Under the pieces are notes generated by a model. It saw nothing but the letters and a program-made list of their open reading frames with translations. It searched no databases and was not told the origin of the DNA. Positions 27,533 through 37,873 of a DNA stretch of 64,000 bases are shown one piece after another. A program made the translations under genes and the position numbers. Origin of the DNA: Candidatus Dadabacteria bacterium (GTDB taxonomy: Bacteria; Desulfobacterota_D; UBA1144; Nemesobacterales; Nemesobacteraceae); contig JAJEGO010000059.1 in assembly GCA_022819805.1 (NCBI GenBank), positions 11,576-75,575 on the forward strand. The letters are read 5' to 3'. The stretch's first letter is position 1; each line of letters opens with the position of its first letter.

Positions 27533-30076
27533 ATGATTCACAAGTTCTATGAGACAGTTAACCAAATCGCACCTCGGAACATTGTTCTCGCACTGCTTGT
27601 CCTGGTGACAGGCCACGCCATGACCTGGGATGCATCCGCAAAAGAGGAAAGCCTTGTCGGCAACCGACCGTATTCCGAAGCGGTATCCGGCAGCCTGCAT
27701 CCCGTGAGCGTTATCACCCGGCGGGACATTGAACTCTCGGGCATAAAAAGGGTAACCGACCTACTGGGTCGGGCGGCCTTTAACAGTTTCGGCCTCCGAA
27801 GACCGCTCGTTCTCGGAAGCGGTCGCGCCCTAATCCTGGTCAACGGACGGCGGGTCGCAGACTCCGGGGTTGACACGGACGCTATCCCGGTCTCGGCTGT
27901 CGAACGCATCGAAATCTTTAATGACAGCACAAGCGCTCTGCATGGCGGGGAAGCGATCGGCGGCACCATAAATATCGTTTTGAAAAAAGACTATGAAGGC
28001 CTCGAGATCCAGCTAAACGCCGGGCGTCCCCGCAGCGAGGGCGCCGATTCCGAACACCTAAGCGTTCTCTGGGGCATAGGCGTCGGAGAGGGGAATCTGA
28101 CTCTTGGAGCGCATATCTTCCGACGGGACGAGGTCCGCGACGCTGACCGCGATTACAGCCGCGCCACATACGAACCTGGAGGTTCCTTCGCCGAGACCGA
28201 AGGAGTGTCGGTACGCGGCAATACGGTGTTTATAAGAAAAGATGACGGAGGACGTGTCTCGGCACCCCTGAATGACTGCGATGAAAGCGTGTACACGGGA
28301 GAACTCACGGATCCTCCGGGCGGATTCTCCGGCACCGTATGCGGGTTTGCCTACGCGGATATCGCGTGGCATCTGTGGCGCAGGCAAAATGACAGTGCGT
28401 TTGTGAATTTCAGCCATCCGGTGGGCGATGCGGCCGAAATATACGCTGAGGGACGCGCGGCCAAGGAAGAACGAAGGCTTCTGTATGCGCCGGACCCGGG
28501 CGATTTTCGCTTCGCGCCGAGCGAGACGCTGAGGGACAGCCTGATTGAAAGCGGAAACTTCGAAGGTCTTAACGAGAGCAATTTCCCCGAGCATATCACG
28601 GTCGCCCACCGTTTCCTGGGACACGGCAACCGCCAATGGGATTCGGACCTTGAAGAATACGATATTGCGCTGGGCCTGCGGGGCGACATTAAAGACAGCA
28701 TAAGATATGACGGCTATGTCCACTACAATCGCTACGACTATGTCGAAACAGGCCGCACCTTCATTCACGGGCCGATAATAGAAGCCGCCCTTGCGAGCGG
28801 AGATTACAACATCCAGAACCCTCTTTCCGACGATGAAAGGCATAAGGCCGCAATCAGCGAAAGCAGCGTGCGGAGCGAAGAGAAGCTCAAAACCGACTAC
28901 CTTCAGGCTGGGGTGGAGCTTGACGGCCCGCTGCTAGAGCTTATGGGCAACGAGCTTCGCTGGAGCGCCGGCCTGCAGGTCGCCAAAGAAGATTTGAGCT
29001 TTTCCGAGGAATATTTCAATCTCAGCGGCGAGCCGGTTGCCGCGGAGGATGTCCTGGGGGGATCCTCGTCCTCGCTGACGGGAGATCGCCGGCGCCTGTC
29101 GGCTTTCGGCGATATTCTGGTGCCTCTGGGGGATAAGCTGGATGTGTCGTTTGCCCTTCGCCACGATGATTTCGACGATGTCGGGGGAGGGTTTTCGCAC
29201 CGGGTAGCGACTCTTTACCGCGTAATACCCAATATTGCGCTGCACGCGTCATGGAGCGGGGGAACAAGACCGCCTGGCTTTGGATCGCTGCATGCAGAGG
29301 AATTTGCTTTTTACCCGTTTGTATGCGACGCGGATACGCCGACTCCCGATTGTCCCAGAGACCAGGTGCGGGTGGTCGTAACCGGCAACCCGGAGCTTGA
29401 GCCGGACGAGGCCGAGAGCTTCGGCGCCGGCGTCTCCGCGGGCTGGGGTCCGTTTTCAGCTGACTTCGACTGGTTCCGGCTCCGTCTACAGGAAACGCCG
29501 AGCATCCTGGACACTCAGTTCGTCATCAGCCTTGAGAGAAGCGGGAGGCTTGGCGAGTACCCGGGACTGAGCGTCACGCGTTCCGACGGCCGATTAACGG
29601 AAATCCGCAATCCGCTCACCAACAGCGGAGAAACCGACATGGACGGGTTCACGGTCCGGCTTGGCGGAGATTTAAAAACGGAGCTGGCGAATTTCATGAT
29701 CAGCGCCAACTGGCTCAGGATAACGAATTACGAAAGACGCGTAGGAGTGGAGACGCAGCCCGGAGATGTCTCGCGCAACCGTATTCACGTTCTGCTCCGC
29801 GCCGACCGCAACGACCTGTCCGCGCAGTGGAGCACGCACGCGGTTACCTCTTTTTGGAACAACACCAGAACCAAACGCTTCAGAAGGTGGGTGGGGCACG
29901 ATGTCGCGCTCAGCTGGAGAAGCGCTTTCGGCTTTAACTGGTTCGAACTCACGGGAGGCGTGCTGAATATCGGAAACGAGGGCCAGTCCCGCCCCGATCT
30001 CGACGAGGATCACATATTGTATATGGATTCGATCTTGGGGCGCACATTGTTCCTGACCGCGAAGCTTGAGATCTGA
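27533..30076 (+). CDS. TonB-dependent outer-membrane receptor.
   Basis: The 847-aa product has a signal peptide, a plug domain (SVITRRDIELSG ... RALILVNGRRV ... GGTINIVLK) and a long beta-barrel region. Confidence 0.8.
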   Translation: MIHKFYETVNQIAPRNIVLALLVLVTGHAMTWDASAKEESLVGNRPYSEAVSGSLHPVSVITRRDIELSGIKRVTDLLGRAAFNSFGLRRPLVLGSGRALILVNGRRVADSGVDTDAIPVSAVERIEIFNDSTSALHGGEAIGGTINIVLKKDYEGLEIQLNAGRPRSEGADSEHLSVLWGIGVGEGNLTLGAHIFRRDEVRDADRDYSRATYEPGGSFAETEGVSVRGNTVFIRKDDGGRVSAPLNDCDESVYTGELTDPPGGFSGTVCGFAYADIAWHLWRRQNDSAFVNFSHPVGDAAEIYAEGRAAKEERRLLYAPDPGDFRFAPSETLRDSLIESGNFEGLNESNFPEHITVAHRFLGHGNRQWDSDLEEYDIALGLRGDIKDSIRYDGYVHYNRYDYVETGRTFIHGPIIEAALASGDYNIQNPLSDDERHKAAISESSVRSEEKLKTDYLQAGVELDGPLLELMGNELRWSAGLQVAKEDLSFSEEYFNLSGEPVAAEDVLGGSSSSLTGDRRRLSAFGDILVPLGDKLDVSFALRHDDFDDVGGGFSHRVATLYRVIPNIALHASWSGGTRPPGFGSLHAEEFAFYPFVCDADTPTPDCPRDQVRVVVTGNPELEPDEAESFGAGVSAGWGPFSADFDWFRLRLQETPSILDTQFVISLERSGRLGEYPGLSVTRSDGRLTEIRNPLTNSGETDMDGFTVRLGGDLKTELANFMISANWLRITNYERRVGVETQPGDVSRNRIHVLLRADRNDLSAQWSTHAVTSFWNNTRTKRFRRWVGHDVALSWRSAFGFNWFELTGGVLNIGNEGQSRPDLDEDHILYMDSILGRTLFLTAKLEI

Positions 30077-30155
30077 CGCAGGCAGTTGGAAGAAAAAGAC
30101 CTGACCCTTAGAGATCTTTCCGAAAAAACCACGGTCGTGTATCCTTTAGGAACCC

Positions 30156-30755
30156 GTGAAGATTCTTCTCTACTACGACTACATCTGTCCTTTCTGCTTT
30201 CTGGCCACCGAAAGGGTGCTCGGCCTCGCGAGGGAATTTGACCTCGAAGCGGAGTGGGTCGGGGTGGAAATCCACCCGGAATACCCGGCCGAGGGGAAAA
30301 GGCGGAGAAAAACGGAGAGAACCCTCCGCACTTCGAAGAGTCTTGAGAACGTGGCCGCCGAGGCCGGGGTGGAGATAAGGCTCCCGGGATTCGTCACCAA
30401 CTCGAGGCTTTGCCTCGAAGGGGCCGAGTTTGCGAAAGAGAAAAACAGGTTCATGGAGTTTCACAAGGCCTGTTACGCCGCTTACTTCGGTGAGGGAAAA
30501 AACATAGGTCTTCTGGAAACAGTCCTCGAGGCGGGCGAGAGTGCGGGTCTCTGCCCCGAGGAGCTTTCCGAGTCCCTCCGCAAAGGAAGCTTTTCAGAAA
30601 AAATAGAAAAGAACATGGAAAGCGCCAGGGAAAACGAGGTCTTCGGCGTCCCTACCCTCTATCTGGGGGAACTGAGGATACACGGCATACAGCCGGTCGA
30701 ATCATACAGACAACTGATAGCAAGGGAGCTTATGCGGGGAGAGTCCCTGCACTGA
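30156..30755 (+). CDS. DsbA-family thiol:disulfide oxidoreductase, FrnE/HCCA-isomerase-like.
   Basis: The 199-aa product has the CPFC active-site motif near its N-terminus and a DSBA-like thioredoxin fold pattern. Confidence 0.7.
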   Translation: MKILLYYDYICPFCFLATERVLGLAREFDLEAEWVGVEIHPEYPAEGKRRRKTERTLRTSKSLENVAAEAGVEIRLPGFVTNSRLCLEGAEFAKEKNRFMEFHKACYAAYFGEGKNIGLLETVLEAGESAGLCPEELSESLRKGSFSEKIEKNMESARENEVFGVPTLYLGELRIHGIQPVESYRQLIARELMRGESLH

Positions 30756-30776
30756 CCGCATAGAGGGATCATTTAG

Positions 30777-31901
30777 TTGAATCAAGATATACGCGACGTA
30801 AGAATATGCTTTGTTATTCCCACGTACAATGAAGCGTTAAACATAAATCCGCTATTGCACCGACTTACGGAACTCTACAAAGACCCGGACGTGGCATTCC
30901 TTATCGTTGACGACGAAAGTCCCGATGGTACCGCTGATCTGGTCAAAGAGTTTATGGCCGGTGATAGTCGTGTCCGCCTGCTACAAGGCAAGCGACGCGG
31001 ACTGGGAGATGCCTACGTGCGGGGAATGACCTACGCCATAGACACCCTCGGTGCCGATGTAATAGTACAAATGGATGCCGATTTCTCGCATGACCCCGCC
31101 GTTGCGGGCAGGCTGCTTGATCACATCGCAGGTGGTGCGGATGTGGCTATAGGAAGCCGCTATGTCGCGGGCGGATCACTCGATAGCCGGTGGCACGTCA
31201 GGAGAAAGCTGTTGTCCCGCTGGGGAAATCGTCTGGCTAGGTGGATCGGTGGTTTGAAAGGGGTTTCAGACTGCACCGCAGGATTTAAGGCCATAAGGGC
31301 GGACAAGCTAAGAGAAGCGAAAATTGGGAGTATCCGCGCCCGGGGTTATGTGTTTCAGGTAGAACTTCTGCACCGGCTGATCCGTTGCAGGGCACGGGTC
31401 GTTGAAGAACCGATCCATTTCCGTGATCGCAAGCACGGAAAAACTAAGCTTAGTATGTTGAATATGATTGAATTTTTCTTCAGCATACTGTTGCTGCGCC
31501 TGAGAAGTCACCTCACCTTCATCAAGTTTTCCCTTACGGGCGTTTGCGGAGTTTTTGTCAACCTTGGTTCCTTCTCACTTCTTCTTGAATTCGGTCTTAA
31601 TAAGTTCATTGCATCGCCGACTGCTATATTGGTTTCTATTATTTCAAACTTCCTGATGAATAACCACTGGACTTTCGGTGACCGCGTTATGACTGGCCGC
31701 AAGTCCGTGAGGGGATTTAAGTTCATCATAGTTTCTTTGATAGCACTGTTGCTCAGCTACACAGTCTTTATTATTCTATCGATGCTTTTCCCAAAAGTGT
31801 TGCCCGTACTGCTTCAGGCGGCAGGCATCGCCCCCGGTGCTTTGCTCAACTATTACCTGAACTCCCGCTGGACCTTTCGCGAAGCATCCCGTGAAGAATA
31901 A
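30777..31901 (+). CDS. Family-2 glycosyltransferase fused to a C-terminal GtrA-like membrane domain, of the polyprenyl-phosphate glycosyltransferase (Dpm1/GtrB-like) type.
   Basis: The gene has a TTG start. The product has the GT2 motifs VIPTYNE, VDDESPDGT and QMDADFSHDP, followed by a ~120-aa domain with four transmembrane helices that resembles GtrA. Confidence 0.7.
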   Translation: MNQDIRDVRICFVIPTYNEALNINPLLHRLTELYKDPDVAFLIVDDESPDGTADLVKEFMAGDSRVRLLQGKRRGLGDAYVRGMTYAIDTLGADVIVQMDADFSHDPAVAGRLLDHIAGGADVAIGSRYVAGGSLDSRWHVRRKLLSRWGNRLARWIGGLKGVSDCTAGFKAIRADKLREAKIGSIRARGYVFQVELLHRLIRCRARVVEEPIHFRDRKHGKTKLSMLNMIEFFFSILLLRLRSHLTFIKFSLTGVCGVFVNLGSFSLLLEFGLNKFIASPTAILVSIISNFLMNNHWTFGDRVMTGRKSVRGFKFIIVSLIALLLSYTVFIILSMLFPKVLPVLLQAAGIAPGALLNYYLNSRWTFREASREE

Positions 31902-31955
31902 CGGCACGCTCGTGACAACCGAGCATTTTCCTCTGTTCCAAAAACCTGTTTCAGA

Positions 31956-34013
31956 TTATTGACCAGCAGCTTCTTCAAGTTTCTTCAGCATCTTTCTCGC
32001 CCTGTTCTCCCGGTTATTGTAAATGGCGACTGACTTTCTGAACAATGAGACCGCTGCTTCTTTGTCGCCGCTTTGAAAAAGAACAAATCCTTTAAGATAG
32101 AGAAACTTGGCCTTGTCCTTTTTCAGCAGCAACGGCTCACGGAAGCGCAGGTGTTCTGCCTGTTTCACCCAGCTTTTAGCTTGCTCAAGATGCTTCGCAT
32201 CCCATCGCAGAAACACTTCTTCCATCATGCTCGTGAGGGCATAGAAATCCTGCTCCGCAAGCGGTATCAAGTGCTCTACCCGTCCCAACCCCTCCGGGTT
32301 GTTGGAAATGATGAATTTGCCAAGGTATCCCCCGTAAAGTCTGAGCAAGTTGTTTTTCGCGTAATGCTCCCAGGCATCGGCAGGTTCGCGTAGCAACAAC
32401 CCTTTGAAGAATCGTTCTCCTTCGGGACTATACAGCAGATACTCTGTGCGTGGAGTTCCGTCCTTTACAACTTTCTTTATGAACCCGTAATTTTTTACTT
32501 CGCAACCTGGGCAGAAATCCCGACGGGTACCAGAGGAAAAAAAGACAGGACGGTCAGCTTTGCTGATAAACTCCCGCAGGATTTCTCGCTTTTCTTTCCG
32601 GGGCATACGAGGACGGTTGAACTGCTTGTTGTAAACGAGCCCTAACCGATGCAGAAGGGCGATGTCCGGGCGGCGGTTCTCGACGAAGTGGTAATAGCCA
32701 AGCACCCCGGTTTCCACATCGTTTGATGCCAGCATTATCGCGCCCGGTTCTATATGCTGGAATATCATCTCCGCATACTCTTTTGGGAAGTCGCTTGCGG
32801 AGAAGTCATTCTTCCGCCAGTTCTCCTGTACGGAAAAAGACACCATCGCCAAGCCCAGAACGGCGGTCAAGGCAATATGAAGAGTCGGGTTGCGTCCCTG
32901 ACCCAGGTGCGACCATGGACGCAGATAATCCATAAGCACCTGAAACCCCACCGCTGACCATATCGCCAGCAGCCCGTAGCAGACAAGTGAGTAGGGACGG
33001 AACATTCCAATTTGTATATAGTTGAAATGAAAGTTTATCAGCACGATGAGAACGAGGCTTTGTCCGAGAAACACAACTAGGGATGAGCCAGCTTCCGCCA
33101 ACTGCCGCCTGCGCAGCAGAACCACAAGTCCCAGGATGGCCAGAAGGAAAGCCGGAAGAGTCAGTTGCCACATGATTTCCCCGCCGAACCACTGCAGAAA
33201 CCCCAAATGGTTATCCCACCCAACGCTTTTATGGAAGTGAGAGTACCCCTTGCGACTGATGTGATACCAGAGATCGCCAAGGCCGTTCATGGAACCGTAG
33301 AAGCTGATCTTGGGATCCTGCTGGGCCCGCAGGAACATCCAGACGTAGGGAACCACCGCTCCCAGAGCAGCGACACCGGAGAGCATCGGCAACCTGCGAA
33401 ACATTGCCTTTCCGGCGGGGAGAATCAGAAGAAACAAACCGGGTGTCGCCAGCATCACAAGCGGCCAGTGGTTCGCAAGGCTCATGCCATAGCACGCCGC
33501 CGCCGCAATCCAGACCCAAAGACGCTGCGGATATCTTAAGCCACAGAGCAGAAGTGCGTAGACTGCGAAGAAAAGCAACGAGTTAAGGGCGTAAACCTCA
33601 GCTATTATGGACTGGGACCACACGTGTTCCGAAGCACCGAAAAGCCATGCGGCCGCAAGGGCGGGAAGCGCGGCTGCACCAAGTAGTCTCGCACAGAGAT
33701 AAACCCCTCCGCAGGCGAGCGCTCCCAGAACGGCACTCAAAAGATGCCCCAAAAAGGCCGGAGTTCCAAACGGCAGCTGCATGAACAGGTGTAGAATAAG
33801 GGTGTAGATCGGGTAGCCCGGAGGATGCGCTATGCCGAGGTGGGCACCCGCCATGAGAAACAGCCCGTCATCTTCAAAGGCTACGGTGTGGGATAAGGTA
33901 AGTACATACACCGCAAGCGGTCCCAGAACCGCCGCGGCAAGCGCCAGCGAATCGGTCAGGCAGAACCCTGTGCGGGGCAGAACCAATGCATGTATGCGCA
34001 ATTTGTCTCCCAT
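31956..34013 (-). CDS. Polytopic membrane glycosyltransferase of the DUF2723/PMT-ArnT (GT-C) superfamily with a C-terminal TPR region.
   Basis: The 685-aa product has ~11 transmembrane segments at its N-terminus, with a conserved acidic loop after the first transmembrane helix (FEDDG). A soluble C-terminal region carries TPR-like repeats. Confidence 0.6.
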   Translation of the reverse strand: MGDKLRIHALVLPRTGFCLTDSLALAAAVLGPLAVYVLTLSHTVAFEDDGLFLMAGAHLGIAHPPGYPIYTLILHLFMQLPFGTPAFLGHLLSAVLGALACGGVYLCARLLGAAALPALAAAWLFGASEHVWSQSIIAEVYALNSLLFFAVYALLLCGLRYPQRLWVWIAAAACYGMSLANHWPLVMLATPGLFLLILPAGKAMFRRLPMLSGVAALGAVVPYVWMFLRAQQDPKISFYGSMNGLGDLWYHISRKGYSHFHKSVGWDNHLGFLQWFGGEIMWQLTLPAFLLAILGLVVLLRRRQLAEAGSSLVVFLGQSLVLIVLINFHFNYIQIGMFRPYSLVCYGLLAIWSAVGFQVLMDYLRPWSHLGQGRNPTLHIALTAVLGLAMVSFSVQENWRKNDFSASDFPKEYAEMIFQHIEPGAIMLASNDVETGVLGYYHFVENRRPDIALLHRLGLVYNKQFNRPRMPRKEKREILREFISKADRPVFFSSGTRRDFCPGCEVKNYGFIKKVVKDGTPRTEYLLYSPEGERFFKGLLLREPADAWEHYAKNNLLRLYGGYLGKFIISNNPEGLGRVEHLIPLAEQDFYALTSMMEEVFLRWDAKHLEQAKSWVKQAEHLRFREPLLLKKDKAKFLYLKGFVLFQSGDKEAAVSLFRKSVAIYNNRENRARKMLKKLEEAAGQ

Positions 34014-34094
34014 GTGCTAATAATAAACAAAACTTATGTTTTTGTTATTCTCCACGTCATCGGCTTTCAGGGGCGAAAAACTTGGAGAAAGGTA

Positions 34095-35303
34095 CTATTT
34101 TTCCACCCGCAGATGAACTTCGCTTATCATCCTAACGGTCGAAGAAACCACAGTAAACGTTTTTTTTCCGAAAACTATCACGGTTCCGGGAGCGGGAATC
34201 GATCCATACCTGTAAAGAAGAAATCCCCCGAGCGTCTCGTAATCCTCGCCCTCCGGAATGGCGAGGCCCAGGCCGTCGTTAAGCCGCCCTATCTCAACTG
34301 TTGGGTCTATGAGGTACTGCCCGGCGCCCAGATTTCTCCACGGGGTCTGCCCCGTGTCGTACTCGTCCTCTATCTCCCCCACCACTTCTTCGATTATGTC
34401 CTCAAGTGTGATGATTCCCACCGACCCGCCGTACTCGTCAACCACGACGGCCATTCCCGCACGCCCCCCTTTCATCTCGTCCATAAGCTCGTTTACAAGC
34501 TTTGACTCCGGAACGTAGAATGGAGGACGGGCGTACTGTTCCACGCTCTTGTCAAGATCCTGCTCGCCGAGAACATAAAACGAGTTGAGTATGCCGGTTA
34601 TGTTGTCGACCCGGTCGCTGAAAATCGGGATCCGGGAGTGGCTTTTCTCCGCTATGAGCCTCTTTACGTCCCGAAGCGTGGACCTTCTCTCAAGCGCGTC
34701 CACCTTAACGAGGGGGATCATTATCTCCCCGACAGTGGTCTCAGAGTACCCGAAGATCCTGCGGAGAACCCTTCTTCTGTAGTCCGCGCTCGGCTTGTTT
34801 TTGTCCTCCTCCATCACGTCCTCAAGCTCCTCGCGCGTTATGGAGATCATCTTCATTCCCCGGGTTAGGAGACCGACGAAGAAAAGCACCGGGTAAAAAA
34901 GCTTTGAGAAAACCCAGAGGGGATAGATGATCCAGAGCACTATGGAGTTTCTTTTGCTCTCGAAAACCGCCTTCGGGACCACTTGGCCGAAAACCACTAT
35001 AAGCGGGGAGAGCACGGCTACCGTGTAGATGCCACTTCGCTGCCCGAGGGTCTCCTCGAAATAAAAGGTAAGCACCAGGGTGTTTATTATGAGCGAGAGG
35101 TTGACTCCTATGAGCGTGGTGCCGATGAAGCTTTCGATCTTCGAGTAGGCGTCAAGAACCAGCCCCGCGGCGGCCGAACCGTCCTCGGCAAGGGACCTCA
35201 TCTTTATCTTGTCGCAGGAGATAAGCGCTATTTCCGAACCGGCGAAAAAAGCCTGCAGGGCCAGAAACAGCAAGACCAGAACAACTACAAGTTCAATGGA
35301 CAT
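34095..35303 (-). CDS. CNNM/CorC-HlyC-family transporter-associated protein (DUF21, CBS pair, CorC_HlyC).
   Basis: The probable start is MSIELVVVL at 35303. The product has a DUF21 transmembrane region, CBS domains and a CorC C-terminal domain (TLGG...G). Confidence 0.7.
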   Translation of the reverse strand: MSIELVVVLVLLFLALQAFFAGSEIALISCDKIKMRSLAEDGSAAAGLVLDAYSKIESFIGTTLIGVNLSLIINTLVLTFYFEETLGQRSGIYTVAVLSPLIVVFGQVVPKAVFESKRNSIVLWIIYPLWVFSKLFYPVLFFVGLLTRGMKMISITREELEDVMEEDKNKPSADYRRRVLRRIFGYSETTVGEIMIPLVKVDALERRSTLRDVKRLIAEKSHSRIPIFSDRVDNITGILNSFYVLGEQDLDKSVEQYARPPFYVPESKLVNELMDEMKGGRAGMAVVVDEYGGSVGIITLEDIIEEVVGEIEDEYDTGQTPWRNLGAGQYLIDPTVEIGRLNDGLGLAIPEGEDYETLGGFLLYRYGSIPAPGTVIVFGKKTFTVVSSTVRMISEVHLRVEK

Positions 35304-36633
35304 CGCCCTGGGCCTCCCTCCGAACGTCAACTTTTATCTCTGAAATCCTTTTTCCTTCCTTGCCCTCCACAGTGAAAATCAGCCCGCCGAAACCTATTTT
35401 CTCGCCCTCCGCGGGCAGTCTCCCGAAAAGGTCGAACACGAAGCCTCCCATCGTCTCGTTTTCCATCCGAAGCGGGATCACGGCCTCCTCCAGTATCTTC
35501 CCCATGCTCTCAAGTCCCGCAGAACGGGCGACCGAAAAGAGATAGTCTCCGTTAAATTCCTCTATTCTCATGCCCCCGGGAATCGTAATGGCTCCCCCGC
35601 GAACCGCGGGAGCGGCCTTCTTGAGCACCGACCTCTCATCCTCTATCTCTCCGAAAAGCTCCTCCAGTATGTCTTCCATGGTCACCAGCCCGTCGAACCT
35701 TCCGTACTCGTCGACCACTATCGCTATGTGGATCCTGTGCATCTGGAACTCGCGCAGAAGCGCCCCCGCGGGTTTGGAGCGGGGAATGAAGTAGGGCTTC
35801 CTGAGACACTCGCTTGCCGTGACCGCGGAGTTGTGCTCGGTAAAATTCCATTTCAGAAGATCCTTGCTGTAGAGAACGCCGGCTATGTTGTCCCGCTCCT
35901 CCTCGTAAACCGGGATCCGGGAGTGGCCCATCCGGCGGACCTGGCCGACGGCCTTTTTAACCTCGATGTCGTGGGGAAGGGTGAAGCAGTCTATTGCGGG
36001 GGTCATTATGCTGTGGGCGGGCAGGTCCTCAAGCTTGAAGAAGCCGTCTGCAAGATACTTCTCAACCTCGTTGAGCACCCCCTCGTCCCTCCCCATGCCC
36101 ACAAGAATCTCGAGTTCGTCAGAGGATATGCTGTTCTCCCCCGCGCGGTGGCCCAGGTCGGCCCCGAATGCCCTTATGAAAAAGCCCGAGACGAACATGA
36201 TTGCCCACCTAATCGGGGTGACCGCCACATGGAAAAAATAAAGGGGAAGCGCAACCGCCTTGGAGATGGTTCTTGGGAACTTCACCCCAGTGGTTTTAGG
36301 GACTATCTCCCCGAACACAAGAAGGGTCGGCGAAGCTATGGCCAGAGAGATGAGAGCGACTGTCTGCTCCGGGGTGTCCCGCAGATATTGTCTCGCGGTA
36401 AGCGCTATGACGCTTGAGTAGGCTATGTTGAAGATCTCGTCGGCCAGAAGAACCGTGGTTATGAGCTTGTGGGAATTCGAGAGAAGCTTCCCTATGGCCG
36501 CAGAAACCCTGCCCCCCTGCTTCGATATGCTTTCTCTCTGCGGGCGGCTGAGGGAGAAAAGCGCGCCCTCGCTGAAACAGAAAAACGCCGAGCAGCAAAG
36601 AAGAAAGAGAATCAGAATGAAGTTTTCGCCCAA
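35293..36633 (-). CDS. CNNM/CorC-HlyC-family protein, a second tandem paralogue.
   Basis: The 446-aa product has the same DUF21, CBS pair and CorC architecture (TMGGFVFDLFGRLP). Confidence 0.7.
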   Translation of the reverse strand: MGENFILILFLLCCSAFFCFSEGALFSLSRPQRESISKQGGRVSAAIGKLLSNSHKLITTVLLADEIFNIAYSSVIALTARQYLRDTPEQTVALISLAIASPTLLVFGEIVPKTTGVKFPRTISKAVALPLYFFHVAVTPIRWAIMFVSGFFIRAFGADLGHRAGENSISSDELEILVGMGRDEGVLNEVEKYLADGFFKLEDLPAHSIMTPAIDCFTLPHDIEVKKAVGQVRRMGHSRIPVYEEERDNIAGVLYSKDLLKWNFTEHNSAVTASECLRKPYFIPRSKPAGALLREFQMHRIHIAIVVDEYGRFDGLVTMEDILEELFGEIEDERSVLKKAAPAVRGGAITIPGGMRIEEFNGDYLFSVARSAGLESMGKILEEAVIPLRMENETMGGFVFDLFGRLPAEGEKIGFGGLIFTVEGKEGKRISEIKVDVRREAQGDVH

Positions 36634-36657
36634 AAGAATCTTACCCCCGCGCAGGAG

Positions 36658-37635
36658 TCAGCAGAAATGCTCAAACCCCCCGGTATCGTAAAAAATCTCC
36701 CCTCCTCCCTCGTCAAAAAACTTTACTCTCCCCCCGCCGGTGACGGACCCGATTTTCGAAACCGCTACCCCGCAGAGGCGGGAAACATCCTCTACAACGG
36801 CGCGGTTCCCGGCAGACGAGGTGAAAAGAAGCTCGTAGTCCTCTCCGCCCGAAACCGCAAGACGGTAGGCATCCTCGGAAAGCCTGCCGGACAGGGAGAG
36901 AAAGCCCGGGGAAAGCGGAAGATCCGCAAGGCTGACTTCGGCGCCCAGTCCGTGCTCCGAGGTAAGCTTCTCAAGATCGCGGAAAAGCCCGTCGCTCACA
37001 TCTATCATCGATGAGGCAACCCCGCGCTCCGCCACCATCCGGCCCACCTCAAGGCGCGGCGTGGGCTCTATGTGCCTTGAGACAAACCCCTCGCATCCGC
37101 CGACCCCGAGACCGCCTGACAGTATCCTGAGGCCGAGAGCCGAATCCCCCAGGGTTCCGGTCACGTATATGTCGTCTCCCTCCGCCGCCCCGGAGCGAAG
37201 GACGACATTGTCCCTTGAGACTTCTCCAAGCGCTGTCATGCTTATGAAAACGGTTTGCGACTCCGAGAGGTTCCCCCCGACCAGGCAGACCTCAAACTCC
37301 CGGCAGCCGTCCTCCACCCCTTGCGAGAGGTCCTCAATGAACTCCATTGAACCCGCGCTGCGGCAGCCGAGGGAACAGAGCAGGTACCTCGGCACAGCCC
37401 CCATCGCCCCTATGTCGCTTAGAGCGACGCAGACCGCCTTTTTGCCGAGCTGGCTTGGGGTCTGGGTCTCCAAACGGAAGTGAACGCCTTCGACCAGAGT
37501 GTCGGTCGAGGCGACAAGGCAGGTTTTGTCTCTGAGTTCTAAAACAGCGGAATCGTCCCCTATCCCCGTCAAAACTTCTTTCTGAGTAGCCTTGAACCTA
37601 CCGGCTAAAAATCTCAAGGCGTCTTCTTCGCTCAT
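36658..37635 (-). CDS. thiL: Thiamine-monophosphate kinase.
   Basis: The 325-aa product has the AIR-synthase-related fold motifs GIGDDSAVL and DTLVEGVHF typical of ThiL. Confidence 0.8.
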   Translation of the reverse strand: MSEEDALRFLAGRFKATQKEVLTGIGDDSAVLELRDKTCLVASTDTLVEGVHFRLETQTPSQLGKKAVCVALSDIGAMGAVPRYLLCSLGCRSAGSMEFIEDLSQGVEDGCREFEVCLVGGNLSESQTVFISMTALGEVSRDNVVLRSGAAEGDDIYVTGTLGDSALGLRILSGGLGVGGCEGFVSRHIEPTPRLEVGRMVAERGVASSMIDVSDGLFRDLEKLTSEHGLGAEVSLADLPLSPGFLSLSGRLSEDAYRLAVSGGEDYELLFTSSAGNRAVVEDVSRLCGVAVSKIGSVTGGGRVKFFDEGGGEIFYDTGGFEHFC

Positions 37636-37761
37636 TTGCGGTTAAAAATTGTATTGTAAACGCGGTTGCGTGTCAATTGAGCCCGGGCGCCCGGAAAAAT
37701 TTTTTCTTCCCTATCTACGGTCTCTTAAAGCGATTTTCGGGCAGGGGAAAATCGGTTTTTC

Positions 37762-37790
37762 TTGACACGAAAACCCGATGTAATTAGAAT
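37762..37790 (+). promoter_or_regulatory. Sigma70-type promoter upstream of dnaA. The -35 is TTGACA (37762-37767) and the -10 is TAGAAT (37785-37790), with a 17-nt spacer.
   Basis: Hexamers and spacer read directly from the sequence, ~85 nt upstream of the dnaA TTG start. Confidence 0.5.
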
Positions 37791-37873
37791 AGAATTCCAC
37801 TTCCCGAAGGGTGGGTTGGGATTTTTTCTAAAGTGCCTGTTTTCAGGTCGTTCTTTGCTTTTCAGGAGAAGAG

